A stretch of 64,000 bases of DNA. It comes from Saccostrea cucullata. Its lineage: Eukaryota. Shown here piece after piece: positions 12,848 through 24,600 of this stretch; the stretch's first letter is position 1; every line of letters begins with the position of its first letter. The notes under the pieces are model-generated. The model saw only the letters and a list, made by a program, of their open reading frames with translations, did no database searches and was not told the origin of the DNA. Location: contig NW_026929500.1 in assembly GCF_032062105.1 (NCBI RefSeq), positions 1 to 64,000 on the forward strand, given 5' to 3'. The position numbers were made by a program, and so were the translations under genes.

Positions 12848-13436
12848 TGGTGTCCGAACAGGGTCATTTGAAAAAGCTCAACAACGCGTTCAGAAGAACA
12901 CAAGCTCGGACAACCCGCCATCGCGCTAACACACAACGCGCTGTCACGCTAACACGAGTTCGCACAACCCGCCATCGCGCTAACACACAATGCGCTGTCA
13001 CGCTAACACAAGTTCGCACAGCACGCTGTCATGCTAATGCGATTTCAAGCAACACTCCGACACTAACACACAACGCGCTACCACGCTAATACGAGTGCGC
13101 ACAACACGCTGTCACGCTAATGCGATTTCAAGCAATACGACGCGCTAAAACACAACGCGCTGTCACGCTAACACGAGTTCGCACAACACGTTGTCGCGAG
13201 TTGTTTGTTAGCGCGTCGGTGTGTTGTGCGGGCTCGTGTTAGCGTGACAGCGTGTTGTGTGTTAGCGCGTCGGCGTGTTGTGCGAACTCGTGTTAGCGTG
13301 ACAGCGCGTTGTGTGTTAGTGCGACGGCATGTTGTGCGAACTCGTGTTAGCGTGACAGCGTGTTGTGTGTTAGCGCGACGGCGTGTTTTTCTGAACGCGC
13401 TATCAAGCTTTTACAAATGGCCCTATCCGGACACTA
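12848..13436. mobile_element. Foldback element with 54-bp internal repeats in inverted arms (Academ-like TAG terminus)
   Basis: TGGTGTCCGAACAGGGTCATTTG...CAAATGGCCCTATCCGGACACTA, flanked by TA. The left-arm GCTAACACACAACGCGCTGTCAC repeats are mirrored in the right arm. It sits just after the (GGAC)n of an older HINE starting near 12595. Confidence 0.7.
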
Positions 13437-13639
13437 TAGATATTCAAAAACCAATCAGATAATGCGTTGTATGGAATAATTATAATGAGGTATAATAAAT
13501 AATGTTTTTTTTCATATCTAATATTTCTGCCATCTAGTGAAATTCAGAGGTGGTGATGTAATGAAATAGATGTGACTCGCATCTATTATTCCTGACATGT
13601 AGGTCTACTTCTTAATATATACAAGTATGTTCTTTTATT

Positions 13640-14190
13640 TTTGACCTTAACCTTAGAGATTGACCCACTTTTGGAAAAACTTTAACCTTGACCATAACAT
13701 TTGGACAGTCAGTACCAGAGCCCTTATATTTCAAAGATGTATTCCTTGCGACGATACCTTTGCTTGGATGCCAACAATTTCAGTTGACCATGTAACCTTG
13801 ACTCTTGGGTTTGACCTACTTTTGAAAAAATTTAATCTTGAACATAATTTTTGAACAGTTAGTGCTAAAGCTTTAATATCTCACATGTGTATTTCTAATG
13901 ACAAGGTCTTCCCCTGGGCACTATTGATTTGACTCCTTGATCTTGATCCTCAGCTGGAGTTTTACCCAAGTGCATTATAAACAAACTTTTAATCTTTGCA
14001 ATAACCTGTGAATATGTATAGTGCGTAAGGTTTCTTATTTTACAAGTATATTACTCGAGACAAGTCCTTCCTTTGGGCAACTTTCAACTCTTGACCTTGA
14101 AATTTGATCTGCATTTTAGAAATTTAAACTTTCGCGAAAATCTGCTGTAGGGTCTACTGGGGCATCAGTGTTTCACAAACGCATCTAGTT
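13640..14190 (+). mobile_element. HINE-like 3' fragment with ~150-bp TGACCTT repeats
   Basis: Degenerate tandem monomers ending in GGGGCATCAGTGTTTCACAAACGCATCTAGTT. Confidence 0.5.
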
Positions 14191-14206
14191 TTTTCGTCTG
14201 TTGTAC

Positions 14207-14470
14207 CACCACGGTATCTCGGTCGGTAGAGTGCTTGATCCGTGTTCGGAATGTCGTGAGTTCGAATCCCGGCCGCGACTGACTTAAATCGATAAAAACA
14301 GGTAGCAACTGTTCCTTCGCCAATATCACCATGCGCTCAGCGCCTTGTCTGTGAAAGTTGAGGGGCCTTCAGATGAGACCGTAAAAACCGAGACACCATA
14401 TGTCACGTTTGGCATTGGCACGATAAAGAACAAAATATATCCTCGAATACAACGTTAAACAAATAACCAT
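14207..14470 (+). mobile_element. tRNA-derived SINE
   Basis: A-box-like CGGTCGGTAGAG, B-box GTTCGAATCC, central GATGAGACC..AACCGAG domain shared with 23476, and tail ACGTTAAACAAATAACC. Confidence 0.7.
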
Positions 14471-14900
14471 CTATTTTATTTAAAGCACAAACTTATTCAA
14501 ATTTTCCAATGCCAAACCAGCTTCTTCATGTAGTTGGATTTAGTAAAGGTATAATAACCGGGGAAGGCTAGAGGGGGGGGGGGGGGGAGCTTATATAGCT
14601 TAACTCATGATTTTTTGAAAGATAGATTAAAAATCTATATAACTGATAATCTAAGTCTACAATTTTTGTTTGATACATCTATTTTCTCAAAGTGCGTTAA
14701 ATGCCTCCGGCTATGGTAACAAATAAAGTACACTCTAAACACACGTTGAGTTTGTCCCAAATTTTACGCACTTTGAAGCATTTTTTAAAGTGCGTAAAAT
14801 TTGTAAAATGTGCACTGATTACCATATCTATGAAAAATATTTTTCTAACATAAAAGTTTCTCATTGTGAGGAATCTCCTGAATATGTTTATCCGTAAAAT

Positions 14901-14999
14901 CAATCTAATTAAAATCAGATTTCTTAGATCCGCGCCGTATTCACTCTTACGCAGAGTGAATACGGTGCGGATCTAAGAAGTCTGATTTTAACTAGATTG
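14901..14999. mobile_element. 99-bp hairpin MITE with 10-bp TSD (Mutator-like)
   Basis: Near-perfect palindrome CAATCTAATTAAAATCAG...CTGATTTTAACTAGATTG, flanked on both sides by TCCGTAAAAT (14891-14900, 15000-15009). Confidence 0.85.
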
Positions 15000-15436
15000 T
15001 CCGTAAAATATGAATTGTGCATGTTGTGATGAAGATATATACATGTATAAAAGATTGTCTGGATTACCCCCCTGCGACATTAATCAAATCAAGAAAAATA
15101 ACTCAGTTGACGTAGTAAAAATTCTGCATAATATATTTGAAGTACTTTGTTTTATATTTTAAACATACGTATAGACTTTTAATTACTAACGAAAAATAAA
15201 TTTCTGTAGGATAATTTATACAATATTCCAATATGCACTGGGCAAACCTAGAGTTATCGTTCGCTTCGCTTTAAGTGGAACGATAACTTTGGGTAGAGAT
15301 TGTATTCCACTCAGCAAAGCTCTAAATGAAGGTGACGGAATCAGCCGATGTTTGTCGAACATTCCATATATTATGGTAACTACTCGGCCATTTCCGTAAC
15401 TGCATTACGGAAAAGGGCGAACTGCTTCGATTGAAT

Positions 15437-15601
15437 TTCATTGGTTGTCGTCCTGTTGATGACGTCACGATTGCTAGGCTATGTGATGTGTTTTGGTTAC
15501 AGCTCATTGTTTCAGCATCAGTTGTTGAGATAAGACGTGATTTTCGCTGAGCGAAGATTTTCTGAAATATTTGATAACATACAGTAGACACAGTTGCAGA
15601 A
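15437..15601 (+). promoter_or_regulatory. Conserved promoter/5'UTR block of paralog copy 2
   Basis: Homologous to 100-267, with ATTGG and a perfect TGACGTCA (CRE) at about 15460. Confidence 0.55.
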
Positions 15602-18600
15602 ATGAACAGTCAGACTCTGAGCTATAAAAGGGTAATGGTCATATTTGTTTGATTTTGGAAGGAAAATTTAAAGATGATAGTTGCTAGAGCGGGATATTCA
15701 AAAATTCTCGATCGAGGAGAGTAAAACGTCTAGAACATTTTAGGCTGAACCCTAGCTAGGTTTAAATATTAAAACTAGGCTATATAGATTTCCGTTCGAT
15801 CTTTTGGATTTCCATGACCATTGAAATTTGTTTAATGAATTAAAGTGTAATAAAATTTGGATTTTGATAGTCCTAGTCTTATAAATGGAATCACAGGAGT
15901 TCGCAATTTTATAAAGTCAATAGAAAATTCACACATGTGGTAGAGTTATGCGTAAGCATAGGCTTACGCATAGCTCATCAGTCAAGGCTTGGTCAATCGA
16001 GTGATTGATTTTATTGATAAAATTGAGAACTCCTGTGGTAGAATGAATATCGAGAGTAGACTCTCATGTACGATAATAGACATTGATTACTGAAGATCGT
16101 TTAATATTAAAGTGTAGAATCATGTATGGAAAGTGCTAGTATATGATTTGTCGTATTACATACTACTAATGTTTTGGTATTTGGCAAAATATATTTTAAA
16201 AAACCATCATATACTTGAAGAAAAACAAGACTCGTCTGTGCAAAGGGAGCTATAATATTCCAGGGTAAGGTGGTGGGAGAGGGAGGGGGGGCAAAAGAGG
16301 ACCGGCTTTAAGATAAAAATATGTACAATATAGAAGACTATTTTTTGAAAGAACAAAAGAGGGGAGATGGTCTAAGATTTAGAGTACATGAAGCTGAAAT
16401 ATTCAAATTTGTATCATGGCAGTAGGAATTTAATGCGGGGGCACGGTTTGTCGATATAATTATATTTTCTATAGAAACATACTAATTTGATCTCTGCTTA
16501 TGTCTCCACACAAAAAAGTCTTATGTTTTTTTTTTAATTTTCATTTACAAGGATTTTTTGAAAGCCCCCCCCCCAAAAAATTCCTTGTGCCATCCATAAG
16601 ATTTTTTTTCATAAAACATCCTTTACAACTTTGTGGTAAATCTAAATTTAGGGACAAATCGTAAATCTTGTGAAGGCTTTGAATTTTTACTGGTACTGTA
16701 AAATGCTTAATTTTAAACCAAAAAAGTAAAAATCTCTTTGCTGTATGCGTGGATAATGAATTTATTAAGCATCATTTTATATTCTTGTTTAACTGTAGAA
16801 GTATTTTAAAAACAACAACTCGTGTCGATAATATTAATCAGGAATTTACAATAAATTTTTAGTGGGGGTTGGGGTTGAGATGTGGGGTTCGTAGATAGGC
16901 AACATGCCACCAAGTGGCTATGGTATCACGGGTATTAAAGGAAATTATACAGAGAATGCACACTCTCAAAATATAATTTTAATAAAATTTACATGTGTAA
17001 TTGAAGGTTAACTAATCGGTCTAAGGTTTTACATCAAGTACATGTACAGTATTTATTAATTTAATAATGTCACTGTTTAGATTATTTCAAGACCTACATA
17101 CAACAATTTATTTTCTCTAATTTCAGAAGAGAGTGGATGTTCAGTATGCCAACCCTGAAGTTGCCTCGAGTATTTACGAGAGGCTGGGAGTGGACATCTT
17201 GACCACGCCCACCACTTCCGGGAGAGATGTGGAGGTCTCAGTTTTGTTTTATATGTAACTTACATATGTATAAAAAAAAAAGAAGTAAGTTAATTAAAAT
17301 TTAAAATCTTGTACTTTTCTTTTTTCTTCTGAAATATCTTCATTCATACCTTTTCTCATCCTTTATGTATTTCTTTACTTTATATAAATATTATCTTTCC
17401 ACTTTTTATTCCAAAACTTCTTTCAATTTTGTTGGAATTTGCAAAATATTGGCCCTCGTACATGTATAATGAATATACAATTCTATTTTTTAACAGGTTG
17501 AGCCACCGAGAAAGCGTTATATTCAAGCTGATCAAGCAGTATTTCATTCAGGACCCACTCGTACAGCTGGCAGAGTGGTGCAAAATGGAGTAAGTTACTT
17601 GGAATAGTATCAGCAGCTAGTCGCACTAAATTTATACGTAGTTAAGAACACAATCGAACGTTTGTTCAAAAGGGTCAGATTAATAGAATCTTCTAAGCTT
17701 GATACAGATACAGACAGATGTTCATTATTTAAAAATATATTTTAGTTAGAAGTAAATATATTTTTTAGGTGGCAAAACCTCTGTTGAGCAATGAACAAAT
17801 ACAACAATTCATAACGTCCACAGTTCTTCCTAAAGGTCGCTCAGTCGCCAGCACTGAGACAGTGAACCCTAATGTCACCGATTGCACTGTGTATCCTTCT
17901 CAACCTGGGACTAGGATACAACAACAGGTATGTTTTTTTTAACTTTTAGGTAAAAAACAAAGTTACGAAAGATCATAATGTCAAGGATTGCTTCCAATAA
18001 TAATGTGTTTTGACCCTTATCCAAGGTCATTAAGGCTTTTCAAGGCCACTAACTTAGTAGCAAAATGTATAATCCAGTCATATTCTATATATAACTTTTA
18101 AGTCCATGCATACATGTAGTATTGAATAACTTCTGACCTTATGACAGGTCAAAGGTATTGTGATCAAGTTCAAGGTCATTTTTAGATACTCATCTTTTCT
18201 AACCATATCTTTATTGCAAACTTAAGATTGCTTATGAACCAATTACACACTGTAAGCTTGTTTCCTGATCAAACCCAAGGTCATATGGAGAAGTTTAAAG
18301 TGACTTTGAGAATAAGTCAGTAAGTGTCACAACTCTACTGGAGAAAATGGGAATCTGAAATTTCATTATTAAAATTGCTCCTAACTTAAAGGTGTTGCAT
18401 GATCTTGACCTTAGGTTATATTGAAAGCTGATGTCACTCACAGAAAAAAAATAAGAATGTCTGCTCCATAATTTTCTAATTGAGAAATATTAGATTTTTT
18501 ACTCTGTAAAAAGATTATTTGAAGTTTCGCTCTTTTTTTTTTTTTTAATCAAGGTCATTTTTGCAAGTTTAAGGTTACCACATGGAGAAAAATATGAGCA

Positions 18601-21600
18601 TTTAAAAATTGGAAAAAATTATATGATTTTACGAGTTTGTACACAGCTAAATTTTTTTCTAATTTGTCTTCTTTTGTAGACCAACTGCACAAATGTGCAA
18701 CCACAATTGACTTTGAATGAACTGAGATCAGGACAGACCCTACAATGGGTGTCCATCCAGCAGCAATCTCAGAAGACCAAGCAACAACTTGTCATTAACA
18801 GCCAGGGAAACATTCATCCCTCAGACCAGACTACTTTTGCTGTCCAAATTTTAAACCCGACTTTGACACAAGCAGAGCTCCAACAGCCAATCTTTGCAAA
18901 TAAACTTGTAAGTAATTATTTCCCATGTTCAAATTACATTGAACATGAGAAAGTACTTTATTTCATTTTCAGAAATGATGATATTCAGTTTTAATTGGTC
19001 AGTGACAAGTAAAAATATTAACTGGTTTTTAAGACAATGAACCAAATAATCTTAATTTGTAAATAAATAATTTTAAAGTAATTATTTAGATCACAATAAT
19101 TACTTTGTTGTGTCTCTTTATAAACAGATTTTACCCACAAACTTTGAAACTCAGAGCTCTACTCCAACCATTGTGACAGATGGATGGGTTAATGGAACAA
19201 GACTACAAGTTCCTACCAACATCCTCAGTGTTCCGTCAGCTACAGGAGTGTATGGTCAGACCATTCAACTACCACCTCAAGTGATCAGTGGAGTCAGTGG
19301 TAACTCTTACTACAATGGTGTATACTCACCTGTGGTAACACCCACACCTAATGTGACAACACCTGGACCATCAGCTGATTATCCCGAGAGGTCTTCTGCT
19401 GTCCAGCTAGTAAGCTTTTTTAAATTGATTTTTGTCAATCTCTTAATTAACAGTATTTTCTTATCTTAAACTCACTTTTAATTTAACAAAAAAAAAATTT
19501 AAAATATATTTCTTATCAGGAATCATGGGGTCTTCGCCCACAGAGTGTCCCTACATTTAAGGCACCAATGGAGGCACAGACAAAGACCAAGTCCAAAAGG
19601 TCAAAGGAAAAGACTACTGCAAATGTCTCTCAGGGACAATATGCTAGTGTTGGCAAAAATTCACCTTCCAACAGCTCAGTTGCTAAAGGAAGTCGAAATG
19701 AAATGGATGCTAAAGTCATGAGACAGGCTGGGAAGCTAATGGAAGCATCTTTGCACCAAACTCAAAATTCTGTCCCAACTCCTGCAACTCAGAAAGGTAG
19801 CAAGGTACATTTAAACATTGTCAAATAAATGCATCAAAATTTTAAATTATTAAATTCTTTCAGAATCTTTCATATCAATTTTTGAATTCCTTTTTTATTT
19901 TCTAGAAGGGAGCCAAGCGCATTGTTGTTCCACCAAAGGTTCAGACAGACCCAGTGGAATATCCTCCATATGTTGCCAGAATTATGAGGATCCTGAACAG
20001 GCAAAAACAGGTAGGTGTGATCAATACCTGAAACCAATACACTAAATGGTTCATATAAAAGTATAATTCAGCATTTTAAAAGTGCAAGTTTAAATTGACT
20101 TAATGGCTTCATTTAGGGTCAGGTGGAATCTAATGATGATAACAAGGAAAGCGTTGATTCCACACTCAAACAAAGTACCACTGCTGGAAAAGATGTTAAG
20201 GACAGAACTGAGCCTAGTTCAAAACAAGCCCTTACCAAAATGAAATGTTTGCTGCAAGTTTGCGGCAAGCTTGCAGCAAGTTTGCGGCAAACAAATCTAT
20301 GTACCAGAACAGTATGCCAGAAGTGTGCAGTAAATGCAGCTAGCAGCACACAGTAACTTTGCGGATTATGTGCTGCAGGGGCACATATGTACTTCTGCAC
20401 ACTGAATGATTATGCAATATGTGCCAGAAGTATGCCACAACTTTCCCTTAGATGCCTTTTATTTATATAGTGTGCCAGAAGTGTTCCAGAAATGTTTCTT
20501 TTAACTATCAAAATCACTGTGTGCCAAAAGTGTGCCATAAAGATTTAGGAACGACTTGTCTGTTGCGTTACAGACCTATCTAAGAACGGCTTATCAGTTC
20601 ACATCCGGTTTAGAAGTTTGCGCCAATTTTAAACCACCTGGGTCATGACTCATGACAAGAAGAGAAAGGAGAAAACAGCAACATAGACCAATGGATAAAA
20701 AGAGAATGTGAGTATTTTAAAAAAAATTGTATAACACTGATGTCTTTTTAACATAGAAATAAGACTTGACTGTATTTGCTGAGCCAGTTAGAATTTTTAC
20801 AGTCCTTGTTCATAACAAATTGGGTAGATATAGTATATGTTTTTATTTTTTGTTCTATCCAGATGGACTGATGATGAATCATGAAACCCTCCACAAAGAA
20901 TAGATCAAGAGGGCATTTATCTGCAGGAAAGGATTCTGCTAACTAAGATATGGACTAAATGTAAGTAATCACAATTAAGAATTAGGCCCATATTCAAATG
21001 TTTATGTCATATAAACAAATGATTAAATATATACACTTTACATTATATAATTTGTCAAAGATTAGCATGTAGTTTTATTCAACAAAGTGTTGTTTTTGAA
21101 TCCTTGTTTGTCAATCTATCCTGAAATGCCATTTAATATGATTTTAATGCACACAAAACATTAGATACAAATGTGGGATCTCTAGGTCAAAATTAAGTTT
21201 AATTCATTGCTTAAATAAATATTGGTTTCAATACAATGCGATGAACTTTCTCTCTATTTTTTAACAGGTACTTGCATAATGTTGGAAAAGAAGCCCCCCC
21301 CCCCCCCCCCCCCCAATCATGAAAAGTTAGTTGAAATGTCAGAGTGAACTTGAAGTACCAAGAAAGTAGTTAATAAATATTCCTATCAAATGTATCGCCC
21401 TCATGGTTAGAGTGTCTGCTCTCGAGTCATGAAGTAAGAAGTTGAATTCCACTGTGGATCCTTATGAGACTGTGTAAACTGATCCCATGTTGCAGTAGGT
21501 GATGATCAAAAAGATTCATTGCTAAAAAATAATGGCCCTGAGTGCCAATTAATGTAGCGTTGGACAAAACCTCTGCAGATGTTGGCATCTCCATATAAGT

Positions 21601-24600
21601 GAAAAATTCTCATGAGGGACTTTAAACAATATACAATCAATCAATTAATGGGAAATGCAACAGATGAGGACACTGACTTTCAACATGACATGGATTCTTC
21701 AAGGGGATTATGCTGTTGTTTTTTTAAAAGTGATAGAATCAAGACACTGAACAAAATGGTCGCCTTTACTGTGTAAATAATATTGTGAGATTTAATTTGT
21801 CAAAATACTTTATATGTTTTTATTCATATCGTGCAGCACTATTACTTTGATATGTGCAAATTCATGTAAGAGGTGAATCTTTTCTATATATAAAATGTTT
21901 TGTGATTGTTGTTAACTACAAATCCTCTATTCATTTTGCATAATGACCAATGTAAATTTGTGCCATTATAATTTACTCAAAGGTTGTGAATTTATTTTTT
22001 TTAATCTGTTTCTTTCTCTATCTGATGTATACAGTGTAAGTGTTCAATCAACAGATTTTGTTCTCGTACTGTGCAAGTTTTTTTTTTTAAACATTAATAT
22101 TATAGTTAGTGTTATATATACATGTACCTTTTTACCTTGAAATTTTCATAAATAATTTTTAAAAATGGCTTGAATGTTCTTTTTTTTTTTATAGTACATG
22201 TATTACATGTTGCTGTCATGTTTAATCACGTTCTTTTAAAATTAATTTGTTTAGGTAAAGTATATTAGCTTATGGAATTGTATATGCCAGAGATGGGCCA
22301 CAAGTGTGTGCCACAAATTTGCAGTTAACAATAATGTGCCGCAAGTGTGTGCCACAAACTTGCAGTAAACTATATGCCAGAAATGAGCCGCAAGTGTGTG
22401 CCACAAACTTGCAGCTAAGTGCATAATGTATAAGGATTTGAAATGTTTACCGCAAATGTGCCAGAACTTTGCCGCAAATATGCCGCAAACTGTGTGCCAG
22501 AAAAAAATTTGCATACGAAAAATCTATTTGCGGCAAGTTTGCCGCAAATATTTGCCGCAAGGTTGCGGCAACTTTGCAGTAAACTTGCTGCAACTATGTG
22601 CCAGAAGGCTTTTATTTTGGTAAGGGAGATACTTCAGTAGTTAACACTGTGGACTCGACCTTTAAACATAAGGAACCACCACAAAGTGTTGTATCTGGAA
22701 TTGCAGTGCCACCAAAGCAGCCTGCACTGGAACAAAAGGTATCAAACTGAAAACATAACTTGGCTGTTTATGAAAATAAAATATATCAAATATTTTGAAT
22801 GAGGGCAAATAAATGATGTGTAAAATATTTCCAGATTCAGCACAAGTCCTTGTCTAATAATGCTGTCAAGAATGACAATGAAAGATGTAGCCAGTTGAAC
22901 TCTGTGTCCAAGAGGGAGCCATTGTCTATCAAAAAGGTAAATTGATAAGGTTTACACATTTTGTTGGATTAAAATTGTTGATTAAACTAACTTAAAATAT
23001 GTTAACCATTTCAAAAGCACCTGAAAAAAAGGTTGTCCCAGAAAAAGGCTTACATTTTCAATACAAAATTTTCAATACATCTTTATGTCAAATTTTAGTC
23101 TCTGGTAAAACAATCGTACGGAATGGTTGTCAGTGAAACACCAAAACATCAAAACATAGCTTGTAGCGTGTGTAAATTTGTTACTGAATTGTGGGTCTGA
23201 TAAATGCGTCTAAAGCGTACATTTGACTAAGTATATAATTTTCTTTTAGTTTAATCAAATATTAGTGTTACAAAAAGTTCTCAGAATCAATTCTTTTGGT
23301 ACGCAATTTCCCGACCTCAATCATCGCATATTGAACGTCTGTCTTCACACTGTTCTATCCTAACACACGCAGTACTGCACAATGCAATAATTCCGTGTTC
23401 TGTATTACAGAATATTAATTTTGTTTGCGTATTTAATGCCATATTATTGTTATTTATGGTGTCAAATTAATGAATTAGTGGATAGAGCCTCCGCTCTTAA
23501 GAGTCGCGAAGTAAGGAGTTGACCCTTACGTCGCGAGTTCGAATCCCACTGTGGGAAATGGAGACCGGTCCTTTAGATGAGACCTTATGAACCGAGGTCC
23601 CTTGTCGCAGTATGTGCTGAAAGAAAAAAGATCCCTCACTGCTCAGTGGCCTTGGGTGTTGAGCATAGGGCACTTTGCAGCTCTCCACCGGCAAGTGGTG
23701 GTGTGCCCATAGGAGTGAAAAATTCTCTCGAGGGACGTTATACAACATACAATCAATCAATAAACTTTTACACACGAATAGTCCAGATTTTTAAAGGAAT
23801 CACTGTCTAGTTTGTTGGATATGCCAGGGTATCAACGATAGCTGGAAACGTGGAGCATAATGGACGAAGCCTTTTCAAAGCCTCTTAATATTTTGTCGAA
23901 ATAATGCATGAAGATACTAGTGTCATTTCTCAACAAAGTACAAAAAAATTATATTTTTAGGTCACCTGAGTAAACTCAGGTGACCTATTGCTATCTGTTT
24001 TCGTCCGTCGTCGTTCGATACGTCGGACGTCGTACGTCGTTCGTAAACTTTTGAACATTTTAGCTTCAATCTGCAACCACTCAACCAATGTCAACCAAAT
24101 TTAGCATAAAGCATCTATGGGTGAACAAAAATTGTGAATTTTAACCCCCTGGCGCCTGAGGGGTGGGGCCAAAACCACTAAAATTAATTCAGTCTTTAAA
24201 AATCTTCTTTTTATCCTGGAAATCAAGCAGTTAAACTGTTTGCATGATTGTAATCAGCATTGAGTCCTCTACCCAAATTGTGAAATTCATGGCCCTGGGG
24301 TAGGGGTTCTAGTGCTAGAGGCAAGGCTAAATCAAAGTAGGTAGTGAAAATGCATTATTTCTCTGAAAATATTCTCTGCTCCTGGGTATTAAATAAACCA
24401 ACTAAGTAGTTAGTTATGATGAGCAAGAGTGCTTCTACCAAAATTGTGAATTTTATGGCCCCATCAGGAGTTTGGTGTTTGGACTATTGATTATATACAG
24501 TGAAAATACATGATTTCTTTGAAAATTATCTGCCCCTGGATATTAAATAAACTAACTAAGTGCATAGTTATGATATGCAAGAGTGCCTCTATCAAAATTG

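Noticed and set aside
12847-13462. Two ~80-aa repetitive ORFs
   Set aside because: They arise from the 54-bp arrays of the foldback element.
22251-22640. Cys-rich ORFs on both strands
   Set aside because: They are products of the CACTA subterminal repeats.
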